A stretch of 28,389 nt of DNA from a virus (IMGVR_UViG_3300032266_000539:1-28389), one strand, 5' to 3'. Numbered from the stretch's first letter, positions 8,470 to 18,733 are shown. The notes: generated by a model not told the origin, from the sequence alone. Translations and numbers: made by a program.

Positions 8470-10498
8470 ATTGCGTAATAGAAAATGTTTCTGGTCTTGT
8501 ATAATTGTCCGTTAAAATACTATTTAACGAATATTTACCAAACATTTTCATACCGCTTGGGTGTACTAAATCTTTAACATATTTTTCATAAGTTTCCATC
8601 ATACGAGGCGCTACAATTTCATATGAAAAATTTTGATAATAATCACTATCTTGAATATTTATTGTATCGGATAAAAAGCTTTTATTGTTTTTCCAATAAC
8701 CAGAATTTTTACCTTCGCCATCTATTACAGTAGCACCGCTAACAACAGTAGCATTCGTTGGGCTACTTAAATATGCAGTTTCGTCGATATTATACCCATA
8801 ACCAGAATCGACAATTTCGACAGAAGAAACAACACCGGATGCAAATTTCGCTTTGGCGGTTATAATAGAATCATAACCAAGATACCCACCTTTTTTGTCG
8901 GATATTCTTAAATCGTATATATCTGGTTCAATTATATTTACTGTTGGTGCAGAAGAATACCCCTTACCTGGGTTTACGTTTTTCAAATATGTGATAGTGC
9001 CGACTTCTAATATTCTAGTTGTTAATAGATCAGATATTTTTGTATCTAGATTAGACAATTTACCAATAGAAGTAGCATATGGGAACATCCAGTTAGTTAG
9101 TCTAGTTACAGAACTGATAGTTGCAGTATAACTATTATTATCGCCTGTTACAGTTTTTCCGCGAACAAAATACCCATTGATTTGATTTGCGATAACTTCG
9201 GATGTGTTGGCAGTAACTACAGTACCATAAGAACTTATCGTTTTTTTACCAGAAATATTATTAATTTTAATTAAAGATGAAGAAATACTACTTACTAACG
9301 TAACACCTATTTTTAAATTAATATTAGTTATATTTGCATCTGTTCCTGTAATATAAATTTGAGAACCTTCTACTTTATATGCTATCAGCCCGCTGATACC
9401 TAATGAAGTGTTAGAAAATATTTCGCCGTTAGCTGCGCTAGAATAAAGTTGTTGCACATTTAATGAACGAGTGTTTGCAGTTGATCTTATTATTTCGCCT
9501 GTAGTAAATGTGCCTGTTGGGCTTGTGATAGCAAGTTTAGAACCAGCCGCTGCATCTTCTAAAGATGTATTTTTATACGTTTCTATCGTGTCTGATACGA
9601 TTTGATATACTTTTTTGTTTGTTATACCACCAACTTCAAATGAAGCGCCAGCGCCGTAACCACCACTAATATTAACAATCGCGTTAATAGAGAATCCATC
9701 GCCGCCATCTACGAGCGTAAAATCGACCTTACCGTTTTCTTGTTTAACAGAAGAAACACGTGCTAATCCACCGCTCCCGCTATTATAGGAATTAACAGAT
9801 AATAAATCACCTACATTGAAGTTGCTTCCGCCATCAGTTATACTAATAGAAGAAAGAGAACCAAAAATAATTGGAGCATTAGAGGTCGTTATTTCGGGAA
9901 AATCTTCGCAAAATATTTGTTCGTTAAACTTAAACGACCCTTCAATACCAGAAAGAGTTAACACATTAACTGTTTTGTTATTAACGATTTTAACAAAGAA
10001 GTTTTCGACTACTCCAGAACCATCTTTTTTAGAATATATTTTTCTGCCAGGAAGTTTAGAAAGCAACGGATGATCTGATACTTCTATGTACTTCGGTATA
10101 TACCAAAGAGCTTCTGATGGTTTAAAAATAAAATCACCAGGAATATAAAAGCTAATTTCTTCATTGAAGAACATGCGAAATAATAATTCGAATGCTCTTT
10201 GACTTCCTTTTGATCTATACAGCTCAAGAATATGCTTGACTAGTAGCTTTTTGTCCGCTATAATAAATTCTGGAAGCGATGAAATATACTTATTCTTAAA
10301 GTACTTTACATATGCATCTGGTGATGAATCTATATCTTTGATATCATAAAGCGAACGAGATAAATTGATAAAGTTGTTCTGTTGTTCTGCCCATTCATAA
10401 TACGCTTTCACGAAAGCAATGAAATTAGGACCCTCTTCTTCGTAAAAAGCAGGGAACTGAGAAGCAATAAATGGTGAAATATATTTTTCTACATTCAT
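8465..10498 (-). CDS. gp7: Baseplate wedge initiator gp7-like
   Basis: IASQFPAFYEEEGPNFIAFVKAYYEW, LYRSKGS...FELLFRMFF, and C-terminal IQDSDYYQNFSYEI...VKDLVHPSGMKMFG. Lies between gp6 and gp8. Confidence 0.8.
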   Translation of the reverse strand: MNVEKYISPFIASQFPAFYEEEGPNFIAFVKAYYEWAEQQNNFINLSRSLYDIKDIDSSPDAYVKYFKNKYISSLPEFIIADKKLLVKHILELYRSKGSQRAFELLFRMFFNEEISFYIPGDFIFKPSEALWYIPKYIEVSDHPLLSKLPGRKIYSKKDGSGVVENFFVKIVNNKTVNVLTLSGIEGSFKFNEQIFCEDFPEITTSNAPIIFGSLSSISITDGGSNFNVGDLLSVNSYNSGSGGLARVSSVKQENGKVDFTLVDGGDGFSINAIVNISGGYGAGASFEVGGITNKKVYQIVSDTIETYKNTSLEDAAAGSKLAITSPTGTFTTGEIIRSTANTRSLNVQQLYSSAANGEIFSNTSLGISGLIAYKVEGSQIYITGTDANITNINLKIGVTLVSSISSSLIKINNISGKKTISSYGTVVTANTSEVIANQINGYFVRGKTVTGDNNSYTATISSVTRLTNWMFPYATSIGKLSNLDTKISDLLTTRILEVGTITYLKNVNPGKGYSSAPTVNIIEPDIYDLRISDKKGGYLGYDSIITAKAKFASGVVSSVEIVDSGYGYNIDETAYLSSPTNATVVSGATVIDGEGKNSGYWKNNKSFLSDTINIQDSDYYQNFSYEIVAPRMMETYEKYVKDLVHPSGMKMFGKYSLNSILTDNYTRPETFSITQS

Positions 10499-12318
10499 AC
10501 TGATACTACTGATACATTAATGTTGTTTATATCTATTTCAATTAAATCGTTTTTAATTGCATATATGTCTTCTGATTTAGGTTGAGCATAAAATTCAATA
10601 CCGGCATTTCCTAAGAAATCGTTTATAACGATTCCGCCTATATTAATAATTCCTTTATCATAATCTATTTCACCAATAATCGAATAATTTTGAATGTTAG
10701 CTGCAGTAATTTGTTTAATGTAAATATTTCTAGTTGTATTAATTACAGTATAAGATGTTTGAGAACCTGTTCTTACGAATGTATTGTTGTTTGGATTATA
10801 ATCTGTAAATACGTAAGTATTACCGTCGGAAAGCAAAAATTCGCTACTTATTAAAGTTCCTGGAGTTATTTCATTATTAAATGTAAAAGAAACTGGCGTT
10901 TTAACGTTTAATACAGGATTTGTTATTTTTTTAATTGTATTGTATAATTGAATACTTTCGATACTTGGGTCGATATTGTTTAAATATGAAGTAAATTTAG
11001 AATATCTAAATGCTATATTAAAATTTTCTAAGTAAGTAAAGTTATAAGTCCCAATTGAAGAAATCAACAAGCTCTTAATATCGACGGGCGACATATTTGT
11101 ATTTGTAAAATTTACTGTGGCTGTTATGTTTGGAATTATGTAAAGAAAGCTTGGGTCAACAATTACTGGTGTAATTGCGATTGAGTTTTTATTTGATAGA
11201 TAATAGACAATATCTGTCTTTAATGAATTGGTTATAATAGAACCTGATTTGCTTACAGGAGATATAAAAACCTTACCGTATTCAACAGAACCAGAAATAG
11301 TTTCTCCGCCGTATACGTTAACAGCTTTTACTTCCGGAAAATTTTCATATATCATATTCGCGTAATCGTTATTAGTAATAGCTCTATCTTGCGTTTGATA
11401 ATGTTTTGGCGCTCTAAAACGTATAGACTCTATAGTTTCCGCATCTTCGCCGTCAGAAGAAGATGAAACCATAGAAACTGTTGTGATAGAACCAACACCG
11501 TTGTAAGCACCAAGATTTTTATCGATGTTAAATTTCGTAATATTGTTACCGGCAGAACCTTTCGAAATACGGTAAGTTACAAGTACCGTTGCATTATTCT
11601 GTGGAGTATAACCGAATACACCATCACCAAAAACAATTTCATAACTACCACTAAGGGTGGCTTGAATAAAATATATTTTAGAAGTATTAGTTAAACCGTA
11701 TAAATTAGTAGCTTGAACATAATCCTCTACGATCAAACCGTCATTTTCAGCAACCGTAACAGCAATACTACTAATGTCTATATTTTGATTCGAAATAATA
11801 AATTTTTGATTTTCTATCGAATTATCAACAACAAATGTTTCGTTAATATATGTGCCTTCATATATTTCTAAATTAGGTAATGTAAAGGTAGAAGTTGTTG
11901 ACGTTAGTATATGCGATTCTGAAGTAGTGTAAGTAAATCCGCCATTAGAATTAGAACCACTAAACTGTGTACCTTTAGGCACTTCAAAAGTATTTGTCGA
12001 TCCAGAAGTAACGCTAATTGATAAGTTAACAACAGCTTTCGAAGATTTGACTGATCTCGGTGTGTAATTCAACTCTTTCGCATGTGAGATAACAGAGCTT
12101 AACATTTGCGCAGAATCAAGAAAACCTTCTGATGCTGCCATGTTAAGATAAAATGCATTTAAATATGAGTTATACGAAAGAACATCCAATAAGACATTCA
12201 TGTTCGAACCTTCAAAGTCGTGATCTCTAAATACACTCTGAGATTTCATATATGATTTAAAATTTGATTTTAGACTATCAAAATCTAATGATACAAGACT
12301 TAACGAGCTGTTTGCCAT
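10495..12318 (-). CDS. gp6: Baseplate wedge subunit gp6
   Basis: LDFDSLKSNF, DFEGSNMNVLLDVLSYN, FLDSA, AKELNYTPRS, YEIVFGDGVFG and ETIESIRFRAP..YQTQDRAIT..DY motifs. Confidence 0.95.
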   Translation of the reverse strand: MANSSLSLVSLDFDSLKSNFKSYMKSQSVFRDHDFEGSNMNVLLDVLSYNSYLNAFYLNMAASEGFLDSAQMLSSVISHAKELNYTPRSVKSSKAVVNLSISVTSGSTNTFEVPKGTQFSGSNSNGGFTYTTSESHILTSTTSTFTLPNLEIYEGTYINETFVVDNSIENQKFIISNQNIDISSIAVTVAENDGLIVEDYVQATNLYGLTNTSKIYFIQATLSGSYEIVFGDGVFGYTPQNNATVLVTYRISKGSAGNNITKFNIDKNLGAYNGVGSITTVSMVSSSSDGEDAETIESIRFRAPKHYQTQDRAITNNDYANMIYENFPEVKAVNVYGGETISGSVEYGKVFISPVSKSGSIITNSLKTDIVYYLSNKNSIAITPVIVDPSFLYIIPNITATVNFTNTNMSPVDIKSLLISSIGTYNFTYLENFNIAFRYSKFTSYLNNIDPSIESIQLYNTIKKITNPVLNVKTPVSFTFNNEITPGTLISSEFLLSDGNTYVFTDYNPNNNTFVRTGSQTSYTVINTTRNIYIKQITAANIQNYSIIGEIDYDKGIINIGGIVINDFLGNAGIEFYAQPKSEDIYAIKNDLIEIDINNINVSVVSV

Positions 12319-12737
12319 TATCTTACTCTTTTGAGAATTACGGTCATTTGAATTGGTACATTACTATTTATTAAAGAAAAAATAATGTTGACATTAAATG
12401 AGTATTGATCTGGGTTTGAGTATACGTTAACACTAAGCAATACTGCTCTAGGTTCGTTTTGATTGATTGTACTTCTTACGAAAGAAGAAATATTTTCAGC
12501 TGTAATAACATCGTTTGGTTCAAACAAAGCGTGAATGATATTCGAACCAATAGTTGGTTGAAATAATCTTTCGCCTAGATTTGTAAGAATAAGATTTCTA
12601 ACAGACTGCTTAACAGAGTTTTCGTTAATCACTTTAGCTAATGCATTGTTAACTGGATGACTATCGAAATTGTTTAGAAAATCAGAGAAATACTCTGGTT
12701 TTTGTGATGTAGTATACTTATCTGCTCTTGTTACCAT
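12318..12737 (-). CDS. gp25: Baseplate wedge subunit gp25
   Basis: SVKQSVRNLILTNLGERLFQPTIGS..LFEP...EPRA (GPW/gp25 family). Likely start is the ATG at 12737, immediately after the PAAR stop, rather than 12752. Confidence 0.93.
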   Translation of the reverse strand: MVTRADKYTTSQKPEYFSDFLNNFDSHPVNNALAKVINENSVKQSVRNLILTNLGERLFQPTIGSNIIHALFEPNDVITAENISSFVRSTINQNEPRAVLLSVNVYSNPDQYSFNVNIIFSLINSNVPIQMTVILKRVR

Positions 12738-12738
12738 T

Positions 12739-13032
12739 TTACCCGCCCGCAAATACGTTAGACGACCCAGCCGCTACTGAAGTACAACCACTAATTCCAT
12801 CACCAACCCTGCCAGCGCCTTTACCATTAATGAATACTGTGGTCGAACCAGTAGTAATAGCAGCAGAATGAGAAGGACAAGTATCACCGCCAGGTAATAA
12901 ATGAGATGTATTGTTATCGCCTTGACGACTCCAAGCAATTCCATTTACGTATACGTTAGGAGAACCTTGAGCTCTTGTCATACCCGAACAATGAGCTACG
13001 TCAGCGTCGCCTATTCTTGTTGCTGCTGGCAT
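12739..13032 (-). CDS. PAAR spike-tip protein (gp5.4-like)
   Basis: MPAATRIGD, GSPNVYVNG, GSTTVFINGKGAGRVGD and GSSNVFAG motifs; His/Cys metal ligands. Confidence 0.93.
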   Translation of the reverse strand: MPAATRIGDADVAHCSGMTRAQGSPNVYVNGIAWSRQGDNNTSHLLPGGDTCPSHSAAITTGSTTVFINGKGAGRVGDGISGCTSVAAGSSNVFAGG

Positions 13033-13229
13033 TATTTCTTTTCCCTTTTCATAAGCTCTCTTAGCTTATTATTCCACTGATCGATTATGTCGTGCTCGTC
13101 ATCAGTATGCGGTCCTTCAGGAATCTCAGGCAAAAACGAAATAACATTATCAAAAGATTCGGGTATATCCTCGTATTTAGTATAAGTTTCAAGAATGCCA
13201 TTATTTAATATAACAAATTTATGGTTCAT
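13032..13229 (-). CDS. Small conserved hypothetical protein of T4-like baseplate-hub regions
   Basis: 65 aa, overlapping both neighbours. The FDNVISFLPEIPEGPHT..EH motif resembles small ORFs found beside PAAR genes in T4-like phages. Confidence 0.7.
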   Translation of the reverse strand: MNHKFVILNNGILETYTKYEDIPESFDNVISFLPEIPEGPHTDDEHDIIDQWNNKLRELMKREKK

Positions 13230-13927
13230 GGATTAATATCTACTCTTGCACTCTTTATAGTAATATTTGAAGCAGTAATTGTAATAGTAGAACCGCCAAC
13301 TTTCAACGTTATCTTAGTATCGCTTTCTATTAATATATCATTTGACGCTTTTATTCTAGCTTTACCATCATCAAGCTGCATATCATAATTACCAGCCGAT
13401 ATATTAACGCCATATTCGCCATTAATCATATTCATTTTATTACCAGTAACCTGTTCTACTAAGTCGCCAGTATAATTATGATTTACAGAACCAGTATGGT
13501 CTGTAACTAGATTTCCTTCTGTAACGTGAAACCCGTCACCTTCAGATTGATTTATTTGAGAATCTTTTGTGGCTTCTATCTTAGTACCACCGCCGCTTTC
13601 GTATTTGTTACCAGCTGTTTCTGAATGATGACCGCCAGCAGTAGCTTCTCGTTTAGTTCCGCTTACTTTACTGTCTTGATGGCCATCTGTTGTTTGAGAA
13701 GTACCGTCGGCATTATAACTATGTTGTTTACCAACAGTAACACTAACCTCAGCGCCATCAGGTCCATGACCAGTATAATTACCTGTTGGTAATACGTGAA
13801 ATAAAGACTCTTTCCCTGGCTCTAAACTTTTTAATATCTGTTGAGCATGATCCTGAAACACATGAAGGTTTGGATACTTGCCAAGAAATTGAATTTTCGG
13901 ATGAGCATTATTTGGATCGTATGTCAT
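13226..13927 (-). CDS. gp5 C-terminal part: beta-helical puncturing spike
   Basis: KYPNLHVF...PGKE...HVLPTGNYTGHGPDG resembles the start of gp5C. It is followed by 8-residue-periodic G-x repeats and a VgrG/gp5-like end (ITLKVGGSTITITASNITIKSARVDINP). Own RBS (AAGGA); upstream of PAAR. Confidence 0.8.
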   Translation of the reverse strand: MTYDPNNAHPKIQFLGKYPNLHVFQDHAQQILKSLEPGKESLFHVLPTGNYTGHGPDGAEVSVTVGKQHSYNADGTSQTTDGHQDSKVSGTKREATAGGHHSETAGNKYESGGGTKIEATKDSQINQSEGDGFHVTEGNLVTDHTGSVNHNYTGDLVEQVTGNKMNMINGEYGVNISAGNYDMQLDDGKARIKASNDILIESDTKITLKVGGSTITITASNITIKSARVDINP

Positions 13928-13937
13928 AATTTATTCC

Positions 13938-15623
13938 TTAACCATATGGCGAACCGACAGCAAGAGGTCCAGTACCTTGAATAGCGTCTTGAGCTTTTAA
14001 TATTTGTTCTGTATTATTCGTTGTTCCTAAAGCATCTGTCAACGTTGTACCAGCTGCACCTGAAAAACCTGGTTCGTTCATTGTAGCCTGAGCATCATTA
14101 TATGCTTTAATTTGAGCATCTTGTTGTTCTGCTGGTTCAGCATCAACAGTTTTCTTCATTTCTTTTTTCTTCATAGCAAGTAATGATTGATTTTTAGTAA
14201 AGTCGTTCATCGCAGCGCCAACCTTACCTGAATCTAAAACCGATTTGGGTAAGTGACCATCCAACAAACCGTTAATACCTTTAGCTAAATTTGGTATAAG
14301 CTTGCTAGCAAGAGAAGTTATACTCTTTAAATCTACGCCTTTACCGAGCACTTTAGATAATGCATCGGCTGATACGCCGCCCATAGAACCAGTTAATGTT
14401 TTTGCGAGTTTTGTAATATCGTTAGGAGATAAAGTACCGCCCTGCGCAACCTTTGAAAGTATAGGACCAACACCATTAATTAATTGAGCAGCAGAATTGC
14501 CTTGCACGTGCGCCTGTGCAGAAGAATAATGTGGCTCGTTACCACGCAATGTATATCTTATTTGATTTGATGTTGAATCTTTCCATTGAATATAACCAGG
14601 ATACGGTTCGCTATCGGCAGCAAAGTATTGTTGTACATAAGTAGCAGCTACTGAGGCGATGATCAAATTCGCAGAAGGCGATCCTCTTTTTGGATCAATT
14701 TTTGGGATATGAGTGCTGACGGCACTATGGTTATATTTGCCACCATTAGACATAGCGGATTTCATTGCAGTCGAAAGAGCCGAACGTAATGCATTTTGAG
14801 CAATCGGCGGAAGTTGGCCACTACCTAATACTTGTGTAAGAGGACCAAGAACGTTATTTAAACCAAGGTTTTTTGCTAAACCACCAATAGCTCCCTGAAT
14901 ACCACCACTCAATAGTTTGGTGATACCGTTAGGGCTAGTCATACTCATTATCTTTTGTACTTGCGAAAACCCATCAACAGCGCCCGGTAATACTCTGCTT
15001 AGTTTATTAGGATCAACCTGTTTAACTATATCAAGAACGTCCGACGTATCTTCTTTTTTAGCAGAAGCAGTAGTTGGCTTTTTAGGTTCTTTTAACTTAG
15101 TATCTACTGCAAACTTATTATCAACGCCAGTCGCCGGAGTATAAGTTGCAATAGTTCTATACCCATCACCGTTATTAATTTTATTAATATCTATTTTACT
15201 ACCATACAAATTACTAAATGGGTAATTCGGAGTTGGGTCAGAATAGTTTTGAGCAGCGCCAGGTATGCTTCCCTTTTTAATATCAATTTCTGGAATACCA
15301 TCAGAGGTGTCGCCACCTTCTTTTGGATCGCCAGCTTTACCAAGACTACCAAGAATTATCGGTAGCTGACAATCTCTGTCAAACCATTCACCGTATACTT
15401 TTGATCCTTTGACTAATCCTAAAGGAGTATTACCAATTTTACCATAAGCAGCCGAAGTAATAGGTTGATTTGGTATAGCCCAATGAAGGTCTTCGTCTTT
15501 GATATTTTCGGTATCGTCTTGTCTGCCAATAATACGAATTTGTACACGACCGGATTGATCTGGATCATTTACATTAACAACTACGGCGATCCATTTATTC
15601 CAACCGAAATCTCTTTCTGTCAT
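13938..15623 (-). CDS. gp5: gp5 N-terminal part: OB-fold hub domain plus a long unassigned region, no lysozyme
   Basis: WIAVVVNVNDPDQSGRVQIRIIG...LHWAIP.QPITSAA..KIG.TP.GLVKGSKVYGEWFD...QLPIILGSL is the Gp5_OB signature. Confidence 0.88.
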   Translation of the reverse strand: MTERDFGWNKWIAVVVNVNDPDQSGRVQIRIIGRQDDTENIKDEDLHWAIPNQPITSAAYGKIGNTPLGLVKGSKVYGEWFDRDCQLPIILGSLGKAGDPKEGGDTSDGIPEIDIKKGSIPGAAQNYSDPTPNYPFSNLYGSKIDINKINNGDGYRTIATYTPATGVDNKFAVDTKLKEPKKPTTASAKKEDTSDVLDIVKQVDPNKLSRVLPGAVDGFSQVQKIMSMTSPNGITKLLSGGIQGAIGGLAKNLGLNNVLGPLTQVLGSGQLPPIAQNALRSALSTAMKSAMSNGGKYNHSAVSTHIPKIDPKRGSPSANLIIASVAATYVQQYFAADSEPYPGYIQWKDSTSNQIRYTLRGNEPHYSSAQAHVQGNSAAQLINGVGPILSKVAQGGTLSPNDITKLAKTLTGSMGGVSADALSKVLGKGVDLKSITSLASKLIPNLAKGINGLLDGHLPKSVLDSGKVGAAMNDFTKNQSLLAMKKKEMKKTVDAEPAEQQDAQIKAYNDAQATMNEPGFSGAAGTTLTDALGTTNNTEQILKAQDAIQGTGPLAVGSPYG

Positions 15624-16855
15624 GATACACCCTTTTCAAGATTACCTTTTAATAGTTCCATAACGCATGTATATCTAGGGCGCTCGCCCGCTGTTCCTAT
15701 TTGATGATGAATACGAGAAACGAGAAATTTACCTGATAACAAAGGATCAGTTTCCCCATTGCCAGTTGTACTAACTTTGTTTGGAATATTTGCATTTACC
15801 ATATCGCCAGCTTTTAAATTAGCATCGCCGTAAACTTTGATTTTTATAGCATTTTGCATCAACGTTGCAAGGAAAGCTTGTTGATCCGCAGTTTGATCTG
15901 GTATACTTGTGATTGGTCTTTGCGAAGTATCAACTGGTATCACTGACTGTGGTGGTATTTTAGCATTAAAGTATTTTGATTTAAACTCAGAAGAATCATA
16001 TGAACCAGTTCCACCAGTTTTATAATCAGTTGATTTAGTATCGACGTCTTTTGTTTTATACGTATGAGTTCTTACGTCAAATGAAGTTACTCTTCTTTTA
16101 CCGCCAGTTTCAATACGGTCGGTAGCGGAAAATTGCTTTGGGACTTCGTACGCTATTATATTGTTATCTGTTTTATTCATTATGCTATTATTAATAGCAT
16201 CAGACTGCTGGAATTCTTTTACAGTCTCGCCCTTGAATAGTTTTTCGATAGTAGTAAATTTAAACGTTTGATTACCGCCAGATCTAGTTTCAAAAAACAC
16301 ATATGAAGACGATTTATTTTCATTAGATATACTACGGCGTCTAACTAAATCAGTTGCTTTGTATGGAGCATAATGCCCAAGAATTATTTTCTGCTTGCCT
16401 TTAGTTTCTTCTACTTCTAAAGGTTTTTCACTCTTCATATAATTTTTATGAATATCTTTTACCATATCAGAAATTGCAGTGTTATAACTTTTCTGAACGA
16501 AATTAGTTTTCGAATGTAAAGCTTCTTCGGAAACTACTTTCAAAGTATATGATTTTGATTTTTGAGAACCATTAGAATTTAAATCGTCGAGCGCATGAAG
16601 AGCAAATTTATATTTCGCTGATTCGCCACCAGGAGCTTTAAAAGATAATTCTACCATTTCATCGCCAGTTATTTTTAACTGACCAAGCTGATCGTCTGTA
16701 TCGAAAACGATAATGTCTCCTATAATACCAGGAGTAAAAATACTCTCGAATATAGAGGCGGATACAAATGATGTTGAAAGATCCAGCGATCCTCTTGATG
16801 AAGATACTGAAAACGAATCAATTATTATATCCCCGGGATTATAACCATCAGCCAT
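15620..16855 (-). CDS. Baseplate hub protein (gp27-like)
   Basis: IFESIFTPGIIG, YVFFET, F.F.TIEKL and IKVYGDANLKAGD...LSGKFLVSRIHH motifs. Lies between gp53 and gp5. Confidence 0.7.
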   Translation of the reverse strand: MADGYNPGDIIIDSFSVSSSRGSLDLSTSFVSASIFESIFTPGIIGDIIVFDTDDQLGQLKITGDEMVELSFKAPGGESAKYKFALHALDDLNSNGSQKSKSYTLKVVSEEALHSKTNFVQKSYNTAISDMVKDIHKNYMKSEKPLEVEETKGKQKIILGHYAPYKATDLVRRRSISNENKSSSYVFFETRSGGNQTFKFTTIEKLFKGETVKEFQQSDAINNSIMNKTDNNIIAYEVPKQFSATDRIETGGKRRVTSFDVRTHTYKTKDVDTKSTDYKTGGTGSYDSSEFKSKYFNAKIPPQSVIPVDTSQRPITSIPDQTADQQAFLATLMQNAIKIKVYGDANLKAGDMVNANIPNKVSTTGNGETDPLLSGKFLVSRIHHQIGTAGERPRYTCVMELLKGNLEKGVS

Positions 16856-16858
16856 GTT

Positions 16859-17752
16859 TTATTTCAACAACGTTGTTATTTCTTTCGAAATTCGTTTAGA
16901 ATAACTACTATCAAGCACGTTGATAGATTTATTTTGTTCATTTAATTCTCGTTCAGAATCATAAACAGACACCGGACTCCAATAGATAGTTTCGTCAAGA
17001 GCGATATTATTTGCAACAGAAACAGCCGTATCGAATAGTGCTTGATAGTTACTTGATCTACCTTCCATATAACTAGTACAAGAAGAAATTACTACTGTAC
17101 TATTAGCAAGGGTAGTACCAGATATATTTTTCAAAGTCATAGAAGAAGAATTTGAAATGACAACTTGTCCAATACCCTTATGAGAGCTATCGAAAGTTAT
17201 ATCAATAATTTCGTCTTTTATAAAATTAGAAAAAGAATAAGAACTATTGGCTGTATATTTTCTAACAGCATTCGTATTAATAACCCAGTCTTCTTTTACT
17301 CTTTCGTAACCAGCAATTGTTGCGCTGTTGTTATAATAAGGTTGCCAGTATCTATGTACGTTGTTTGATAAAGCAGCATATTCAGAAGTTGATATTTTAA
17401 TATCGTTTTCGTACCAATTATTTCGATAAAATGCAATTCTAGATTGAAGTATGCTTATATCTGTATTGTATTTTTTAACAATAAAATTATTGAAATTTTT
17501 ATCATCTAGATACCAACCATAATACGGGTCTGTCGTTTTATTGCTTAGGTATAAAACCCAGTCCATAAACTGATCGTTATAGTATCTATCTGATAACTGA
17601 TCAGGGCGTTCGCCTTCTGATAAATCATACTTGTAAAACAAATATGGATTTTTAAATGCATCATTAGTTACAACAGCACGCTCTGTTATGTTAACAGCAA
17701 GGTAATTGTTATAATTGATAAGTGGGAATTTTTTAAAATAATTATCAGGCAT
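16859..17752 (-). CDS. gp53: Baseplate wedge subunit gp53
   Basis: YFKKFPLINY, Y...EGERPDQLSDRYY....DWVLYLSN...DPYYGW and VSVYDSERELNEQNKSI motifs. Confidence 0.9.
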   Translation of the reverse strand: MPDNYFKKFPLINYNNYLAVNITERAVVTNDAFKNPYLFYKYDLSEGERPDQLSDRYYNDQFMDWVLYLSNKTTDPYYGWYLDDKNFNNFIVKKYNTDISILQSRIAFYRNNWYENDIKISTSEYAALSNNVHRYWQPYYNNSATIAGYERVKEDWVINTNAVRKYTANSSYSFSNFIKDEIIDITFDSSHKGIGQVVISNSSSMTLKNISGTTLANSTVVISSCTSYMEGRSSNYQALFDTAVSVANNIALDETIYWSPVSVYDSERELNEQNKSINVLDSSYSKRISKEITTLLK

Positions 17753-18723
17753 TATAATGAAAATCCAAAACCACTAGCACGGAATGACTCATTTTCAACA
17801 TCCTCTTTGAGCCAGTACTCAATTTCAAGAAAATTCACAGAAAGCTGAACTTCTGTTGGTGCGTTCGTACCTTTGAAAAACGAAGGTTGTCCACCCATAG
17901 CGTAATTAACATCCATAGATTCTACAACACACGGTTTAAATTTATAAAGATAATCGGGGTCTGGGCGTAAGTTGATAATCGCCATATTAGGATATGTTAA
18001 TAACGTGCCGCCTGCATTTGGCGAAATAGCAGGAAGCATATTTGATTTAAACGTATTAATAATTTGTTTTAAAGTATCTGATTCTTCTCTATTATTCGGC
18101 GCAAGCTTCCATGAAAAAGTATGCTTTTTAAATGTTGGTGATTTAAATAATACTGTAAGAAATGGGTTTTGAGCAAGACCACTAAGCTGTAATGCTTGTG
18201 CAGTGTCTATTCCTGCGATACCTGCAGCTACAGAAGCTGCTTTAGTTACAGCGCCAGAAGCAGCTCCAACAGCTGCTCCAATAGCAGCTGTACTTAAAGA
18301 ACCACCACTGCTATTTCTACCTCTAAGTCCGCCTTCAATTGCAGCTCCAGTAATTGGATCGGCTTGAGCAGAAGAATCATAACTTACTTGTTGATTGTCG
18401 GATAACTGACTTGGTATAGGTAAACGAATACCACCAATCGCGTTTAAGAAAGGCTGATCAAAAATAGAACGACGCTGATATTCTTGGAATTGTATAGCGA
18501 TATAAGAATTTCTACCTGCCGAGGGATCAATAAGATCATTCGGAAAAGATACATCGCCCATGTATTTTGACTTAGAAACTGCTTCTGGCGGTTTTAAAAA
18601 TTTGCTCGCGCCAACCATAGCTAAACCAGCAACTGCTAATCCGCCACCAATAACAGCAGGTGTTATTTTAGAAATTACGTTTTGACCGCCTTGAACTATT
18701 TTACTGCCAATATTAATGGGCAT
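17752..18723 (-). CDS. gp48: Baseplate-tail tube cap gp48
   Basis: IRLPIP..LSD, NPFLTVLFKSPTFKKHTFSWKLAP.N.EES, YP, KFKPCV.ESMDVNY and P..VQLSVNF.EIE motifs. Confidence 0.88.
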   Translation of the reverse strand: MPINIGSKIVQGGQNVISKITPAVIGGGLAVAGLAMVGASKFLKPPEAVSKSKYMGDVSFPNDLIDPSAGRNSYIAIQFQEYQRRSIFDQPFLNAIGGIRLPIPSQLSDNQQVSYDSSAQADPITGAAIEGGLRGRNSSGGSLSTAAIGAAVGAASGAVTKAASVAAGIAGIDTAQALQLSGLAQNPFLTVLFKSPTFKKHTFSWKLAPNNREESDTLKQIINTFKSNMLPAISPNAGGTLLTYPNMAIINLRPDPDYLYKFKPCVVESMDVNYAMGGQPSFFKGTNAPTEVQLSVNFLEIEYWLKEDVENESFRASGFGFSL

Positions 18724-18733
18724 ATGTTAATCC

